Positions 39,850 to 53,934 of a stretch of 64,000 nt of DNA are shown one piece after another. The notes under the pieces were generated by a model. That model was not told where the DNA came from. It saw only the letters and a program-made list of their open reading frames with translations, and did no database searches. Each line of letters starts with the position of its first letter. Position 1 is the stretch's first letter. The position numbers and the translations under genes were made by a program. Origin of the DNA: Camelus dromedarius. Lineage: Eukaryota. The stretch lies in the NCBI RefSeq assembly GCF_036321535.1, contig NC_087447.1:34784001-34848000 (forward strand), in the 5' to 3' direction.

Positions 39850-41380
39850 GCACATTCATTCAAATACTTACTGAACACATACTACATGCTAGGCAGTAGT
39901 CTAGGTGCCTGGGATACATCAGTGAACAAAACAAAGATCCCTCGTGGACCTTACATTCCAGTGGGGTGGGGAGGGAGACAGGATGCAGTAGAAACATTGA
40001 ATAAATCGTACAGTATGTTAGAAGGTAGTAAGTGCTATGGGAAAAATGTAGTGTAAAAAGGAAGAAAAGGGCAAAAAAAGAATATTACAACTTTCAAAAT
40101 GTGGATGAGGGCAGGCCTCCCTGAGAAGCTGACATCTGAAGGAAAGCTGGGAGGAAAGGCCCTGGGGATTTCTGGAGTTAGAGCGGTCCAGGCAGGGAAA
40201 GGCCTGAGGCAGAAGCAGCCTGGCAGGTGTGTGGGATCAGCACGAGGGAAAGCAGAAGTCAGATCCTACAGGGGCCTGCAGGCCACTGTCAGGGCTTCGG
40301 CTCTTCCTCTGGTGAAATGAAGAGCCACTGGAGGGTTCCTGAGCCGAGGAGTGACAGGATTCCACCTGCCTTGTACAAGGATCACGCTGGCTGCTTGTAG
40401 TGGGGCAAGGGTGGAAGCAAGGAGACCACATGAGAGGGCCACAGTAACCCAGGCAAGAAGTGATGGTAACTTGAGACTACAGCAGCAGTGGTGGCCAGAA
40501 GGATTCAAGTCTGGATATATTTTGAGGAGAGAGCCAATAGGATTTCCCAAAAGAAATGAATCTGGGGTATTATGAGAAAAAGAATTACAAGAAAAGATTC
40601 TAAGGTTTTGGCCTTGAGTAACTGAAAGGATGGAGTTTCTGATCAACTGATATGGGCAAGACAAAGGGTAGAGAACAGGGCTGTTTATTTTTTATTTACT
40701 TATTCTTAAATTATACATTTACTTTTATCTATTTTTTAAATCAATTTTTTATTTGTGCAGGTGTGGCTGGGGTAGAATTCAGTTCAGTTTCAATTTGGAC
40801 ATGTTAAACTTAATGCGTCTATTAGACATTTAAGTGAGCACATTAAGTACACACACAGTCTGGAGTCTGAGTACGAAGTCTGAACTGGAGTTAACACTCT
40901 GGGGCGTTTGGGCACACAGATCATGTATGTCACCATGCAACTGGATGAGATTATCAAGGAAGAGGAAGTGAGTTTAGATAAAGGGCAAGAAGATCAAGCA
41001 CTAGCTTCTGGGACATTCCAATATTAAATGGTAGGGACAAAAAACAGCAATGGAGATGTCCGGCTCTCAAGGGCAACCAGCAAGATGAGGAGGAAACTCA
41101 GGAGTGCTCTCTCCTGGAGGCCAGGTGAGGGAAGTATATTAAGGAAGTGGGCGTGATTGCCTGTCAGATGTTGCCGGCAGGTTCTGTAAGATGAGGACTC
41201 AGGAACCGACACCGAACATAGCAACATGGAGGATGCTGGTGTTCTTGACAAGAGTGGTTTACATGGAGCGATGGGGAGGGGGGATTGTCTGACCACAGAC
41301 GGGTTAAAAGGAGGACAGGAGAGAGGACTTGGAGATACTGACAATGTTTTCAAGAACTTTTACTGACAAGAGAGTAAAGA
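39850..41380 (-). mobile_element. Long L2 (L2a-like) LINE fragment
   Basis: Reverse L2 3' end 'cattcattcaaatacttactgaacacatactacatgctaggca...gaacaaaacaaagatccc', continuing through typical L2 sequence ('tggacatgttaaac...ctattagacat...ctggagt'). Confidence 0.8.
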
Positions 41381-42588
41381 AATAGCTTATTTCTTTATTG
41401 CTCACTTTAATCTTACTGCTCCTTAACGTTCAGGCCCCTGGTCATCTAGCTCTCATCCACCTCTCCAACTTATCGACCAAGCTCCCCACCTCAAACATTC
41501 TATAGACCCAGGCTGTCATTGTTCCGACTATACTTTAGACTTTCCTGTTGTCTTCACTTAAGAGTTCTCTCCTCCTGCTGTCTTCACTCATACAGTTCTC
41601 TCCATGAGAATGCCTTTCACTTCCAACTCCCTATTTCCAAAGTTATCACTGAAAACCCTTTCTAATGCCCTATCAGCCATAAATACTTCCTTGATCACAC
41701 CCCCTGAGGCTTTCCCCAACTTTTAACTCTAACAATATTTTATTTGTACCCATCATGGCTTTCAGTGTTTTCTACATTCTACATTCTACATATACATTAT
41801 ATATAGTCTCATTTATCTTAGCTTCCCTTCTGGACTGTAAATTCTATGATTAGCATGCCCAATTAAATGTTTTATGGCTTGCAAGACCTAGCTTGGTGCT
41901 CCATAAATATTTGTGGAATAATTTTAAAATGAATGAAATGTGCTTTTCATGTTACATATCAATTAGATGTTCTGGAAGATAGAGGCTCTGGGAATTTCAA
42001 TTTTAAGTAAGTGAGTCCCAGGCCCCTGCCCATCCCTATGATTCTGATCTAAATGGTCTATGGATCACAATTTGAGAATATTTACTTGGCAGGGGTTGGT
42101 GGGAAAGGAAGGGAGAGAGAGAATATAGCCAGAAAAAGTCCTTCTGTCCCTCAGATGAGAATTGGTTGTCAAGCACAATTCTGAGCACATCGCGTCCTGC
42201 TTTAAAACCCTTCATTCACTCAAAAAGTTAATTCAAATATTTATTGAACACATACATGTCAGGCGGTATCTAGAAGGCTGGGACTCTAGAGTGGGTACCC
42301 CACTTAGTATCCATGCGACCTTGGAGAAGATATAAACTTCTTTAGGCTTTAGTTTCCTTATTTGAAAGGCTCTGTAGAAAAAAGGAGAACAGATCTTTGA
42401 GGAACTGAGAGGTGAAACTGAAAGGTGGTTAGAGTACGACGAGTGGTCCAAAGTAAGATGGTAAACAAAACACGGCTCTGTCCTTCAGGGCCTGTAGCTT
42501 TTACCCCAAGAGCAATGGGAACCTAAGGGAGGGTTTTCAGCAGGAAGGTGTCATGTCCAGGGGCATATATATGTATTACATATACATG

Positions 42589-42590
<2 letters not shown>

Positions 42591-42663
<73 letters not shown>
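42591..42663. repeat. Perfect (AC)36 microsatellite
   Basis: Read directly from the sequence. Confidence 0.97.
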
Positions 42664-42665
<2 letters not shown>

Positions 42666-42965
42666 AAAAAGTTCAAGTGGAATTAGCATTTCCTCCAGAA
42701 CAAGGGAAATTAGCAATTACAATCACACCAGTGTAATATTTTGAGGGTACTAAGTACAAATACTAATTAATCTTTAAGACTTCCTATGTTCAATTTTCTA
42801 AGCAAGATGGAAAAGAAAATTAAATCTTGCTGTTGGTGTTAATGGTGATCTCAACTCATTCCTGGAACTGGGAATGTTTATGTCCTATATACACCTTTTC
42901 TCATTTTAAAACTCTAGAAGTGTCAAGTATCAGAAACTTAGTCTCAACTACAAAAAAAAATTTTT

Positions 42966-42971
42966 TTTATT
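42966..42971 (-). terminator. ZDHHC13: ZDHHC13 poly(A) signal AATAAA (3' UTR ~43409 to ~42945)
   Basis: TTTATT on the + strand, about 440 nt past the stop, at the end of an AT-rich UTR. An alternative hexamer lies at 43185-43190. Confidence 0.65.
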
Positions 42972-43409
42972 AAGTGTGAAAGCAAAACAGGTACATCTAT
43001 TTAAATATTTTTTACATATTTATAGATAAAACAAAGACAAATAATTTATCAAAAATTACAAGTTTAAAGAATAGTACTATTTTGAAACAGCCAATAAAGT
43101 ATCTGAAAATAACCATATTTTCTCCATAATTGGTGAATACTATCTCCAAAAAAAGGGGGAACTTGCGTTTTCTTGTGAAAAATGTTTATTTTTAGATGTC
43201 TGCCAAGAAGATTGTTTAGGAACAGTCCATCTTGCTAAATCTGAAAAAGTGTAATGTCTTTCTCAAGAACTTCTGTTTTTACCAAATGGCTTTAAAAACC
43301 ACCTGTGTTTTCCTTTGGGCTTAGGTGAATTCTTAATCTTCACTTGCAGACCACAGACACATCAACACAAACACAAACAAATCAGAGTGAGAGTTTTGGG
43401 CTGTCTTCT

Positions 43410-43548
43410 TCATACTGAGCGAAGAACTTTCTCCTTAGCTGGGTGAAAGACCATGGTGTACTGTGACGTCCAGTCTACTGCACAGGGTTTGACCAAGCCA
43501 AAGCAGCCACACCGAAAGAAATCTGCAAGGTTCTGTGTGAACCCAAGG
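43410..43548 (-). CDS. ZDHHC13: ZDHHC13 last coding exon: (N)[45 protein letters not shown]
   Basis: AG acceptor at 43550-43549 and TGA at 43412-43410 bound 139 nt. Matches the ZDHHC13 C-terminus, including the PaCCT-like motif. Confidence 0.95.
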
Positions 43549-45872
43549 CTGCCAAGAAAGGAAGAGAACACGTCTTACTACGTTTCCTATTAACATTTGA
43601 CAAACATTCATTCAAACCATAATCATTCACTGAGAATTTACAATGTACATCCTTTGAAGATCCTGCAGGAATAGGCAAATCAGACATTTCCTTGAAATTC
43701 ATGGCCCTTAAGACTGAAGCTGAGTTCCATTTCTGGACCTAAATCTCTATTTTGAGATTCCCTGGCTTCTGTCCAGTGACTTAAGTCCATTTTGGGTCCC
43801 CACTCACTAGAACAGGCACTGCCATCATTAAGCTTCTTTCTTTCCATTCTCACTGCTCCAATTCAGACTTTGAGTATCTCAAAGGCTAGACAGGCCAGAA
43901 AAACTGGTATCAACAAGACAGGATTCTTCTAAATTTTCTAAGAAACCCTCTAAATGTCTCTAGCTCAATTTCTTCATCTTATATACTGAAGGAGTCAGGT
44001 CCTCCAAAAACCTGTATATTCATAGCCCCTCATCTCCCAATCAAACTCCTTTAAAAACATTCCTCTGTCCAGAAGCTCAAATTCAAATTCCTTACCTTTG
44101 TATTAACAGCCCTACACAATAAAGCCTCAGGACTCCTCAGGTGTTGGCTCTTTGAACTCATCTATATAGACCTTTTGTTACAGCTACCCTGGCTTTATTT
44201 TTCCCATGATCACAACCAGTGGGGCTAGTCTTCTACCCTGGAACCCACACACCCCTACTCTTCCTTTAAGTCCAACCAGTTCTCAAGGCCCAGGTATGGG
44301 CCCACTCCCCCTCTGGAGCCTTCCTGACTACATGTCTTCACCATCATTTTTTCCTCCACTGAATTCCTGAATACTATCATCTATTCCATCTACAATGAAT
44401 ATTTATTTTTATGCATATGCCCCATCTTTCAAGTGCCTAATCCCACGCCTGAAACACATCAGAACACAGCTGTGTGGACAGATGATTGCGCCGCTGCCGC
44501 TGTTTACTGAGTGGGCAGGAAAGTACCAAGGCTGCTCGGAAGGCAGCTTCCTAGGAAGAAGGCGGACCACATGAAATTGATGGGGTGGAGGCAGGGAGGC
44601 ACCTTGGGGATTGACAGGGCCCAGTGCAAGTGCTAGCCAGTAGGTGAAAATAACTTACGGGAAGACAAGTAAGACCAGTCTTTGGCTTGAGCAGAATTTA
44701 GAAGCTAGATTCAAAGTGGCTCCAAGGCTTTACCTTTAGTTCCTCCAGTAATATTGCCGTTACTCAGCAACTTCCCTACATGCCCCAGCTCTCTCACCGC
44801 TAGCCCTTTATTCAGACTCTTCTCTAGGGCTTGGAATGCCCTTCCCTCCTTCCTCATCATGCCCCGCACCACATCTCTCAAGGCTCAGCTTAAAATTCCA
44901 CCTCTATCACAAAGACGTCCATACTTCGGTGGAGTAAATATTTTTCTGGTTAAATCACTGAGAAAGGGACTTCATGATGACTGCCAGTTTGAAACAATGT
45001 CACAAGCTTAACATTACTCTCTACTCTTCAGCACTTTGGCTGTCTCTTCCCAATTAAGTCAGTTTCTCTCCTCTAAACACATCATAGTCATATTCCAGGC
45101 TCTGATTCCCTTGTCCAACAGCCTAACAGTTTCATCTTGCACCATGAGTGTGCTTTAAAATAGACTGCTCGTGAGATATGCGGTGAGCCTTCAAATCCCT
45201 AGAGGACTCCAGGTCACCTCTGCAGCACTCCTGGCCTCTGGATCCCGATAAATATGACAGGGAGATAAGCTTCAAAGCCTGATCGTTTGTAGCATAAGAT
45301 GATGGCCTTCCTACAAATACCCTCATTTTCAACTAAGGACAGGATTTATACAACCAATGCTCTGGGAAGAACACATCCCAAACCTGAAAAACTAGCTTTT
45401 CCCTGACATTGGTGGGCACATTTAAACACAGAGCTGTAAGAATTACTTGTAGTAGAAAGCCAGGCTGAAAATCCTGGCAAAGCTCATAACAGAACGCTTT
45501 CTACAGAGAGTTCTGTGGCCGGCTCTCTCAGCCACGTGCTTCGTTATCTCACACTGACTTCATGCCAGCAATATGCAGTCTTGTGACCATGTGGCTTGAG
45601 TGAAGAGATTCCCCACTCTGGCAAAACTTCAAAGTCACTTACTGTTTGTGCTGAGTCCAGGAGACTAAATCCCAAATTCTTACCACCTTGGGGCTCATGA
45701 CCTTATCACTCATCTCCTGTCACTGAGGCGTCCAAGAAAGAAGAGGTTCAACTCTACCAGATGGCCAGTTAGAGGACGGCAGCATAGTCATAGGTGGTGA
45801 CCTTAGGTTGGGAAACCCACGGCTAGGCCAGCACCTTCCACAGACCCAGAGGGCAGAGTAGGTCTCACTTAC

Positions 45873-45970
45873 TTGTATGGCGTCCTCCTGAGGGACAGCG
45901 TCTGTTTCATATGCCTGCTCTGCTTCAGCAGGCTGGTCTTCTCATGGGAGGTCAGGCCCAGAAAAGCAAT
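45873..45970 (-). CDS. ZDHHC13: ZDHHC13 exon: [32 protein letters not shown](N)
   Basis: AG/GT boundaries, 98 nt, phase-compatible. Contains the TTxE-equivalent TSHE. Confidence 0.95.
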
Positions 45971-48202
45971 CTGAAAAAGAAGATTGGAAGCTACATGAAA
46001 AATACCACTATGCTGAGGCTCCATCACTCTTAGCAGTGCACCACAGGACACTGGCAAACATTCAGTTCTCCCTCAAAGACGACATCACCCAGCCTTCCAA
46101 CCAAGGATCACGGTGAGGGCAAGGACTCAGCAGCTCTAAACTAGACTCCCCTATGTGTATCTTAGTCACTGGGCATTTTTTTTTTGATTGTCTGATTATT
46201 ACTAACCTTCAAGAAAGCACAGTGCATTGACTTAGAATCATGAAATGATTGCTTCAGCCATGGCTTATGGTCATATTTAGATTCTCAACACATTCAGTAT
46301 TCAACTTTCAGATGAATAAAACAATATAACATCAGTATTAGCGTAATTATCTTAACCTGTGTATGTTTCTTAGTGTGTCTTTGAAAAGCACCAAATAAAA
46401 AAGTTAATCTGAAGTGAAGAACATTTAAATCCATAAATTTGTGGTAGGGTAATACTTAAGGTAACTTAAACAACTCCCAAATGATTAGAACCCATATTAT
46501 TCACTGAGATATCTCATCTAATTCTCAAAACAACCAAACATCAGGTTCCTTATATGCAAATCAGAGATTATCCAGGCATCCTCATCAGATTGTCTACGGA
46601 TCTGAGATAATGTATTTAAAATATTCAGTGCAGAGGCTGATAGAGATACTAACTGGTCCAAGGCTGCACAGCTTAGAAACCGGCAGAACTGGGACAGACA
46701 CCTCAGTCAGTGTGAGAATAAAACCCAGGGTCCTTGTCAGCAGTCTACAGTCAAAGTGACTCATCTACACAGTCAGGAAATAAAAGTCTTCAAATAACTG
46801 GATTTTATTTGACTTTACTTTCAATTCTTATATTTAGAAACTCTCCAAAACTTTGAGTCCACTTTTCTGCCTTAGAGAGTATAGACATATATACTAAAAA
46901 TTAAGGATATTTTAGTCTCAAATAACTTGTTCTAAGAGTCCAGGAAAGAAGAAAAAGAATTAGAATTGATGTCTCAAATCTTAGATTCTACTTCTAACTC
47001 CACCTCCTACTGAGCCTTATGACCATAAACAAGGAACTCAGTATCTCTTAGGCATAGTTTTCTCATCCATAAAATGGAAACACTATTTTGGCACAGTCTG
47101 AATCTCAAGCGTTTGTGAAGCAATAGATGGGAAGGTGATTTGGAATATGTAAAGCATGTATAAACATTAGATATTATAGATGATCATAATTAATATTATT
47201 AATGACTGATGCTAACATCCATTCTTACTGTCTGAGTCTGTAGATATCGAATAGGAGATAAGGATGAATATTTAGAAACCGCAGTTCAGTCAGTATTATT
47301 AATTAATTCCTTTCCTTAGAAGTTTTTTCCTTTTTCTTACTTTATTTTTGTATTATTATTGCAGAATTGGTTACTTGCCCATGAAAATGGAATACATTGT
47401 GCTTTTGTCGAGTAATGTTCTAATTATCAGAGGTCTGGCGGTAATTGGCTCATACTGATCATGGCTGTCCATTCTATGAGGGCAGGCCATAGCAACAATG
47501 AGAATTAGGTTATGCTCATAAAGGCAGGCAGGCAGGCAGCAGGGAAGGGATAGAAGCTTCAGAGAAAGCTGAAGGTGGAGGCTACCGCCTGGAGTGTGAA
47601 CTTTCTAATGGTCATGACCTTCTCTGCAAGTGTAATTACCATGTCCATTGGTTAGTGATGTATCTTTCCTTCCTTCCCCACTTCTATCTACTTATGTACT
47701 GCATAATAATAAGGATAACAAACAGGGCTGGAAAAAGTGAGGGAACATAATCATCTCACATTTGCACAATTGTTTACAGTTTATACCATGCTTTCACACA
47801 CCATATAACTTTATTGTATGATGGAAAAAGCCCTTGAATGGACTGTCAGAAGACCTAAGTTTCCAGCTCTCATTTTTGCCATTCACTGGGTGACCCTGAG
47901 CAACTCAATTCACCTCTCTGTACCTCTATCTATGAAATAAGGTGGTTAGATTAGATAACTCCTACACCAACAACTTATTATTCTAAACTTTAAACCATCC
48001 TGTGAGAGTAGATAGGCATTACTATCCCCATTTTATAGACGAGGAAACTGCAATTCAGGAGTCAAATGACATGCCTAGACCCACAAAGTGACAAAGGTGG
48101 AATCTGAATCTAAGTCTTCTGATCTGAAATTCAAGTCTTTCTACCTCACTCTGGGTTATTAGAAATTTTACTCAAAGGCATTGGAACAAAAGAAATAAAT
48201 AC

Positions 48203-48360
48203 CTGAAAGAGCTGATTTATTAATAAAAATGTTGACCATGAGAAATGGAAACTTGCCAACATGAAGATATATAAGACCCAAGGGGAACAAGCCACAATCT
48301 GATTGAGGTAGGTCCACAGTCCATCTTCTTTGAATGTCGTAGCACAATGATTTGACCAAT
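48203..48360 (-). CDS. ZDHHC13: ZDHHC13 exon: (Y)[52 protein letters not shown]
   Basis: AG/GT boundaries, 158 nt; encodes a transmembrane segment. Confidence 0.95.
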
Positions 48361-51300
48361 CTGTGAATTCACAAAAAAGGAACCCATTATTTAAAAAGGC
48401 AGCAAACCAGTGATCATTCTTCACAAAGATTAAAACCACTGCAGTTCTATTTAGGAAATAGAGAAAGTAAGACATGATGGCATAGGTCAGAACTCAACTT
48501 TAAGATTTTATCTTTCAAATGCTAGCTCAACAAAGATTTAAACAAAAAAAGGCATCTGTTAAGGCTATGATAATATCGTGCTGGTAGTTGGCAATGAAGT
48601 AATAAAAGCAAAAAACGTCCATAAAACCATCACTAAAATCAGCATATTCAGCATAAAATGCACTTGCCATAAGTTAATTGTTCAAGAACTTGGTAACTGA
48701 GAGTGATTATTTATTTAATAAATATTTGTCCTAGAAAATTATCTTATCCATGTTACGGCAACTTACGGGTCAATTACAGAACTGAATATAAACCTTTATC
48801 AAGGGTTCAGATCAACAGGCCATTGCTGTGGGCACAACATATCCTATTAGCACCTAGATACCATTGGAACACGACCTAACAACATTTACAGTTATTGAGT
48901 GTACATCTGCATTGGTATCGTAATTAATCCCACAGTGGGAAAAAAGCCAGTTGAGGGAACTCATGAGACAAGACACCCCTAAGAAAAAGATAGAGAACAC
49001 GATTCATATGGTCTCAGCTCAGTTTCTCCCCAGGAATATCTACTTATATACCAATCAACAGTGAGGCCTTCACTATGGCCTTCATGATACTGACCCCATA
49101 ACTCATGCAGCCAAGAGCAGCAGTAAGGAGAATACAGGTAGGAAGCAGCAGAAATAAGGGGACAAGTTTTCAAGGTTAAGTAAGATCAATGAATTTAAAT
49201 AGGTATCATGGCCATTCATAAAGGACAAATTATTCTTGAAATCAGAATTGCATAGATTTGCACCTTGAGGTTTAATAAACGTCTCTAATAATTTGGTAAG
49301 TAGTTTTAGACACTTTCCCAAAGTAGCACTTAAGAGCTCTTGGGACAGGAAGAAAATGAGTCTATAACTTTACTACCAATTGTCTGTCCATTTAAGCCCT
49401 AAAAATCTTTTTTTTTTAACTTTTTGAGTCTCATCAACCATTTCTCATGAATATATACCAGAAGCAATCTAAGGGCAATCATCATAGAGTAACAATTAAG
49501 GTAAAAAAAAGTTAAGGGAAGTTACACTCTCTTTAGAGCTTCTCACTAGGACAGCAAAGAAAGATGCATTCCATGTACCTGATATGACAAAAAAAGAATA
49601 TAATTTCCAACAGCAGGCAGAGAAAACAGCTGCTGAGGGGGAAAGAATATCTACTTTCAGCTTATGGATTTCTACTGCTCCTTTCTGAGAATTTTTTTGA
49701 TAACACAGCATGACTCTGAAACTGAAATTTTCATAGGACTGATTTCAGATTTATCAAAGATAAGGCTGCAAATGGCCACATATACTCTCTTATGCAATAT
49801 AACAGTTAATATGTATTAATAATACATTCTTATCAGGTAGTCATTGGCTAATGATATCGCTCCAGGTCATTTTCATCTTGGTAAATAGCTCTGAAAGTTA
49901 CCATGTTTTTTCTAACAATGATCCAAAAATCTTTCTCCCTGTAACTTGCAGGATGCTGACACTTTGAGTTACTTACTGCCTATCCTGAAAACAGACCTCA
50001 CAAAAGAGGAAAATGGATGGAGGCTGCACGGAGCCAGAGTAGCTGGAACTGTATCACACAGGGAGGCGGGTGTACAGCACCATTCTAGCACCAGGAGCAT
50101 TCATGATAAACAAAGAAGGTGGTATGACAGCACAGCCTCTCTTTAGGAAAATGGGGCAAAAGTTCCTTTTTCCTATCTGTGAAATAATGATAAATGACAT
50201 GATGTCCTCATTCAGTGTAAAGAAATACTGTCAGAATATAATGGGATAAAAGTAACAAAATATGTTCAGCTAGTCTATACAGTTGTAAGTGAATGTACAG
50301 CGGGACTGTTTCTAAGAAACAAAACATAATGTAAAAATTGGTTGAGAGTCAGAGAATAAAGGCAAAGAGGAGGGAAGAACAAATGTATGCAACTTGGAAA
50401 GAATGAATGTGATGGAAAATTACTTCTGTCCTTATCAATACAGTCTTATGCTGGACATAGACAACAAACAAAGGTGACTATTTTTAGCGAAGAGAGAATG
50501 GGGAGAGACAAGAGTGGTGTAAAATCTGGCTCCTCTCCCTGAAGATCAAGTCCAAGGGACAAGTGGGTCCCTGAGCCAGCTTAAAAGGGTTTTCCAGGAA
50601 TATGCTTTATTGTCTGGCCTTAAAAGGGCAGCTCTTTCAACAGAAAAAAGCACTGTCAAAAAATCTTTTATTTCTTACTACAGGACATAACCTAAGAGGT
50701 TTTAAAATTCCAATGCTCAGGAACACTGATGGCCTTTGACAAGAACTGAGATCAGGGATCACAACCTTCTGACTCAGGTCCACTGGAGATAGTGGCATTT
50801 GCACTGAGCTACAAAAGCTTTCCCTAGTGATTGGAGACACCTAAGGTATCTGGTGGGAAAGGGGCTGACAAGGTAACTGAGGCCCTCTCCATGTCTTTGG
50901 AAGGGCTAAAAATAGACCATTTCCTAAATATTAATTAACAATCTCTAAAAATGAAACCCTAAACAAAACTTGTAATACTGGATTTTTCTGGGGAGGGTAA
51001 CTGGGATGTTAGGGGACAGCACCAGAGGAATTATCTTCCAAAAACTAAACAAAATTTAAACTAGAGAAAAGTCGGTGGGTGAGGGGCTGGGCGGGGATGG
51101 GTGTTTAAGGAGCAGTAGGGTTTGGGATGCTAAAGGGAAAAGAAAAAATGTACTAAAAAACTTTTGACGTCTTTCTGAATCATTCCAGATTTTAGTTCAA
51201 GCAACAGATTAGTGTTCTACTGGCAAAATTTAAGACTTGAGCATAACAGGAGGGTGGATGGAAACGGATTAGTAGTGAAGCCTCTGCCTCTAGAATACAA

Positions 51301-52119
51301 TTCTCCTAAAACTTTAATACATAAATAATGAGCAGTTAAATAAAGTCAAAATAAACTACGAGCAGTGTAAGTTTTTCCAGTTAGGTAACCTAGTCCAAGG
51401 TTTGAAAAGCAAAGTCATGCAATTCTTCAGAGCTAACCAAAATCCTTCCTGCTTCAATTTAAACCCTGTTCTTAGTCGATCACCTTGGAATAGCTCAGTG
51501 TCACTCCGTACATGAGATTCCTCAACGCCCTTTCACACTGCTACTGAGCAGTCAGTTTCCTTTCTCAGGGATACAGAATAAGTATCTAATGTTTTCTTCC
51601 AAGTTACTATTTCCAACCTTTGAATAATTGTTCTAGTTTTCCCATCAGGTCTTGAGCTGTGACTTGATATTTGTTAAATGGCACGAGCTTTCTGAGTTTT
51701 GTTCCTTAATTACTGTGACCACCTCCCTCCTCCCTCAACCTCTCTACTACCATTTTTTACCCCTATTTTATTTACTTATCACTTCCATTGCTTTACACTT
51801 GAGCAACTGATTTTTACTCATTTCAAAGTAAAATGGGGGATAAATCTGCACTTACCTTAAACAAATCTCTATTTTTTACCAATTCTCAAATTTATCAAGG
51901 TCACTTTAGAGTACAATCTCTTCTGAAGTACTGACAACTAACCTCTTCTAGCATTTCCTGCAGCTTTCCAATGCTGAGAAAGTCTTACAGGCATCCATTT
52001 CATTTTTATTAGGCATGGTTTATAGTCACCCAGCCAGAATGTGACATATAAGGGTTTACAAGAAAAAGTATGTGTGAGTGTGGGTGCATAAACTTGCTAT
52101 AAGAAAAATGTATACTTAC

Positions 52120-52203
52120 AGATGAAAGATTCATATATAATCCAGTCACACACAACGGAAAGGAAAAATAGGAAGAATATGTAATAGTGATGGTTGCCAA
52201 AAC
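52120..52203 (-). CDS. ZDHHC13: ZDHHC13 exon: (G)[27 protein letters not shown](Y)
   Basis: AG/GT boundaries, 84 nt; encodes the GxxN motif after the Cys-rich domain and a TM helix. Confidence 0.95.
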
Positions 52204-53840
52204 CTATATCAAAAAGAAAAACAACATATTTAATACTTTCTTACAACAATTTTCCAGATTAAGACCTTATTAACCACTTCCCTGTCAAAAATCTCCACCA
52301 AAGTAAAAAAGAAATAAACCAATGCTTTGCTTTTAAACACAACTAAACCAAAGCCAGACAGCTCTGATATGTCATGCTCAGCTGTCCATGTTAACTGAAC
52401 TACTAGTTATTCACCAACTTCCTAAAAGAAGACACTTCTTCTGGACAGAACAAAGTTTACTAAGCACATATGGCTCTAGGATGGCCTATACAGTGCTGGA
52501 GGGAGGGGAGTGGGCAGGATTTTGGGCAAATCATACACTGTCTCTTCCTTCCTTCCATGTAACAAGTTTATGTAAGTAAAACTTCTGGACATCAAGGATT
52601 GACTTGGTCTCAGGAACAGACAAAATGAATCTGAGGGGCAGCACTAAACAGATACGTTGCAGGAGACTGGACACAGCAAAGAGGGGCAACCTGCAGCCTG
52701 GGAAAGGTCTACGGAAGCAAAGAAGGGGTGAGCCATGCCCCCTGTGGTATGTGCCACACTCTTGATGCCGGAGATGACAGCACTTTGATGCTAATGACAC
52801 AAAAGCTCCTCAGCTACCATCATGTTCCCATTTTCTCCCAAGGTAGCAAAGCCCAGCAGAAGAAGCAACTGGACTCAGGAGACCCAGATTTACGAATGAC
52901 AAGCTGTGTGACTACAGGTATGTCAATTTCTCTGATTCAGTGTTCTTATTTGTCACAGGGGGACAAAATCCCTTCTACTTCACAGGCCTGTGGCAACCAA
53001 AGCGGATGATGCATGTGAAGACACCATGTAAATGCAGTGTAAGAGAAGTGTGTGGTCTCATACTATTGTTTCTCCACTGCCATTCAAGGCTGCCTGTTAT
53101 GACACCAATCATCTCATCTTTACGGTGGGATGGGGTCCATGAAGCCTGGGGGCCCAGGAATGATCTCTTCACCTGTCCTCTAGGAACAGTAGAGAACATC
53201 AGAATGCACTGAGGAAACCTGTCTGAGCTGATGAAACCTTTTGTTCATCGGGATTATAAAAGCATATTCTCTCCTGAAGACCCATGACATAGTTCCTCTG
53301 AAGTTCCTCATAACAAAGCCCCAGCTTTACTGTGACGGGTCAGAGCAAACCCAGGGCTGCAGATCAGGACAAAGAATATTCCCTGGGCAGAAGGCAATCC
53401 CCAGCTCTGCTGTCTCTGATTCTAGCTCCTACCTGAGCCTTGGAGGCAATTAGAGAAGGTGAATGAGGGACAAGACACAAAATACAGAAAGAACTTGCTA
53501 TTTGGAAGACTGATGCTACTAAAGTGACCTCAAGCAAATAATCTGACGTTTTATATATTCACAACTCTAAAATGGAGAGAATACCAACCTCTGATGATCA
53601 AACAGGATATTATATGTGAAGGTGCTTTATAAATGCTAAAATACTAAACAAATGACATTAATTATTATTATCAACATCAACAGTCAGTTTTCCCAAAGTG
53701 TAAAACAACAGAGATAATTCTCTGGCAAGGAAGAGCTACAGAATGGACCCCTTAAAATGTCTTTCCACTTTTTCTGAGTCACACCCATAACTAAATATAG
53801 CTAAACTTCAAAATCGCCAATGAAAACTTGACTCTCTCAC

Positions 53841-53934
53841 CAATGCACCGTCCAGTCCACAGGCAGTGTTGATCGTATCGAGCCACACAGGAGTTACACA
53901 CATGGCAATGGAGTGACCTTAACGGCTTCCTGAT
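53841..53934 (-). CDS. ZDHHC13: ZDHHC13 catalytic exon: [31 protein letters not shown](G)
   Basis: AG/GT boundaries, 94 nt. DHHC Cys-rich domain with DQHC (53874-53863), which is diagnostic of ZDHHC13 among mammalian DHHC enzymes. Confidence 0.97.

Noticed and set aside
41549..41603. Diverged ~30-bp tandem duplication (TGTCTTCACT...AGTTCTCTCC)
   Set aside because: Two degenerate copies in repeat-derived DNA, with no sign of function.
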